A stretch of 64,000 bases of DNA from Lophium mytilinum (lineage: Eukaryota): assembly GCA_010093605.1 (NCBI GenBank), contig MU004187.1:868001-932000 (forward strand), given 5' to 3'. The position numbers and the translations under genes were made by a program. Of the stretch, positions 63,056 through 64,000 are shown in pieces. The stretch's first letter is position 1. Each line of letters starts with the position of its first letter. A model generated the notes under the pieces. It had not been told where the DNA came from. It ran no database searches and saw only the letters and a program-made list of their open reading frames with translations.

Positions 63056-64000
63056 TCTATTAATATATAATATTACTACTATCTATTTAGAGTACTTATA
63101 CTACTACTAATAGCCTAGCCTTAATTTTTTCTTTTACTTAAACTCTTTTATTTTAGTAAAGGCGCGGCTCTACTACTATAGCTAGTACTCTATCTTTATA
63201 AGAAGAAGAAATAAAGAAAGTTATTAAGAAGAAAACCTTAGAAAACCTAATCTCTAGTATACTATTAATAGCGCGCTCTACCCCCCGCCCTAATATAGCT
63301 ATAATAGTAGCTTTATAAATAGAAATATAGAAGACTCTTAGTACTAAATCTTAAATATATTAGTGTAGTATATATATTAGTGCTAAACTTAATAAGCTCT
63401 TCTCTACTCTAAAAGCGCGCGTAGCCTAATAGAATAGAGGTAAACTTATTTATAAGAATAACTTAAATACTAATAAAGAGAATAATAATAAAAGTAAGGC
63501 CTCTACTAGAACTCTATTAGCTATCTATATAACGCGGAACGTTAATAAAGTTATAGAGGTAAAAGGTGTTGTATTAAGCTAGAGCTATAGCGCCGTCTTA
63601 AGAACGGCGCTAACTAAGGCCTACGCTTACGTAGGCAGCCTATATGTACTGTGCCTTACGTGCTGTCCTCTATAAGCCTGTTACTAACGTCCGTAACCGT
63701 AATAAGTGCCTATAATAAGGAAAGATGTTATTATCCTTAATAACCGCATGCCTAATATCTAAGTGCTAAGTGCATGTAAGAGACGGCGGCGTGGAATAAC
63801 GTAGCTATTATAGTTAATAATAGGCGCCTATAGAGCCTAAGACGGCCTTGCAACTAATGGCGGCCTTAAAAGAGTAATAGAGGGCTTGCAAATAATAAAG
63901 AGAGTATAGACGTAGTCTTGGGTAGTTAGGTCTTAGGTAATTAAGCCTGTAGTAATTAAGCTGTAGTAATTAATCTATAGCGATTAAGCTATTGGTAATA
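62440..64000. mobile_element. Heavily RIP-mutated AT-rich repeat/transposon relic, unclassified; continues beyond the window
   Basis: Abrupt shift to very high TpA and near absence of CpA/TpG, no ORFs, (TAC)n tract at ~63018-63054, ~33-bp tandem duplication at ~62620-62700. Confidence 0.75.

Overview
Eukaryotic DNA from a filamentous ascomycete (Pezizomycotina, probably Dothideomycetes-like). Evidence: short GT-AG introns with CTAAC/CTGAC branch points, typical fungal genes and RIP-mutated repeats. About 16-18 protein genes are present, including a FAD-linked D-lactate dehydrogenase-like oxidase, an AVT3/4 amino-acid transporter, an SDR, a DUF3405 glycosyltransferase-like protein, an MFS sugar porter, a DUF3433 membrane protein, a coiled-coil/Zn2Cys6 protein, MNL1/EDEM, TIM50, an aldo-keto reductase, a Gfo/Idh/MocA oxidoreductase, an F-box protein and a secreted hydrolase-like protein. 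The main finding is a full-length ~9.4 kb RIP-inactivated Tad-type LINE (12830-22208, minus strand), bounded by a perfect 12-bp target-site duplication. Its ~2.9 kb 3' region carries an antisense, RIP-damaged gene with the motif pattern of a TET/JBP-type 2OG-Fe(II) dioxygenase, i.e. a retrotransposon that may carry its own DNA-base-modifying, anti-silencing enzyme. Also notable: (1) a young 522-bp TRIM with 72-bp identical LTRs and a Ty5/copia-type half-tRNAiMet PBS, inserted in a coding exon; (2) a degenerate ~160-bp nucleosome-length satellite family at three sites, with motifs at fixed spacing; (3) a ~150-bp TATA-containing tandem array upstream of the Zn-cluster gene. All calls were made by eye; no searches were run.
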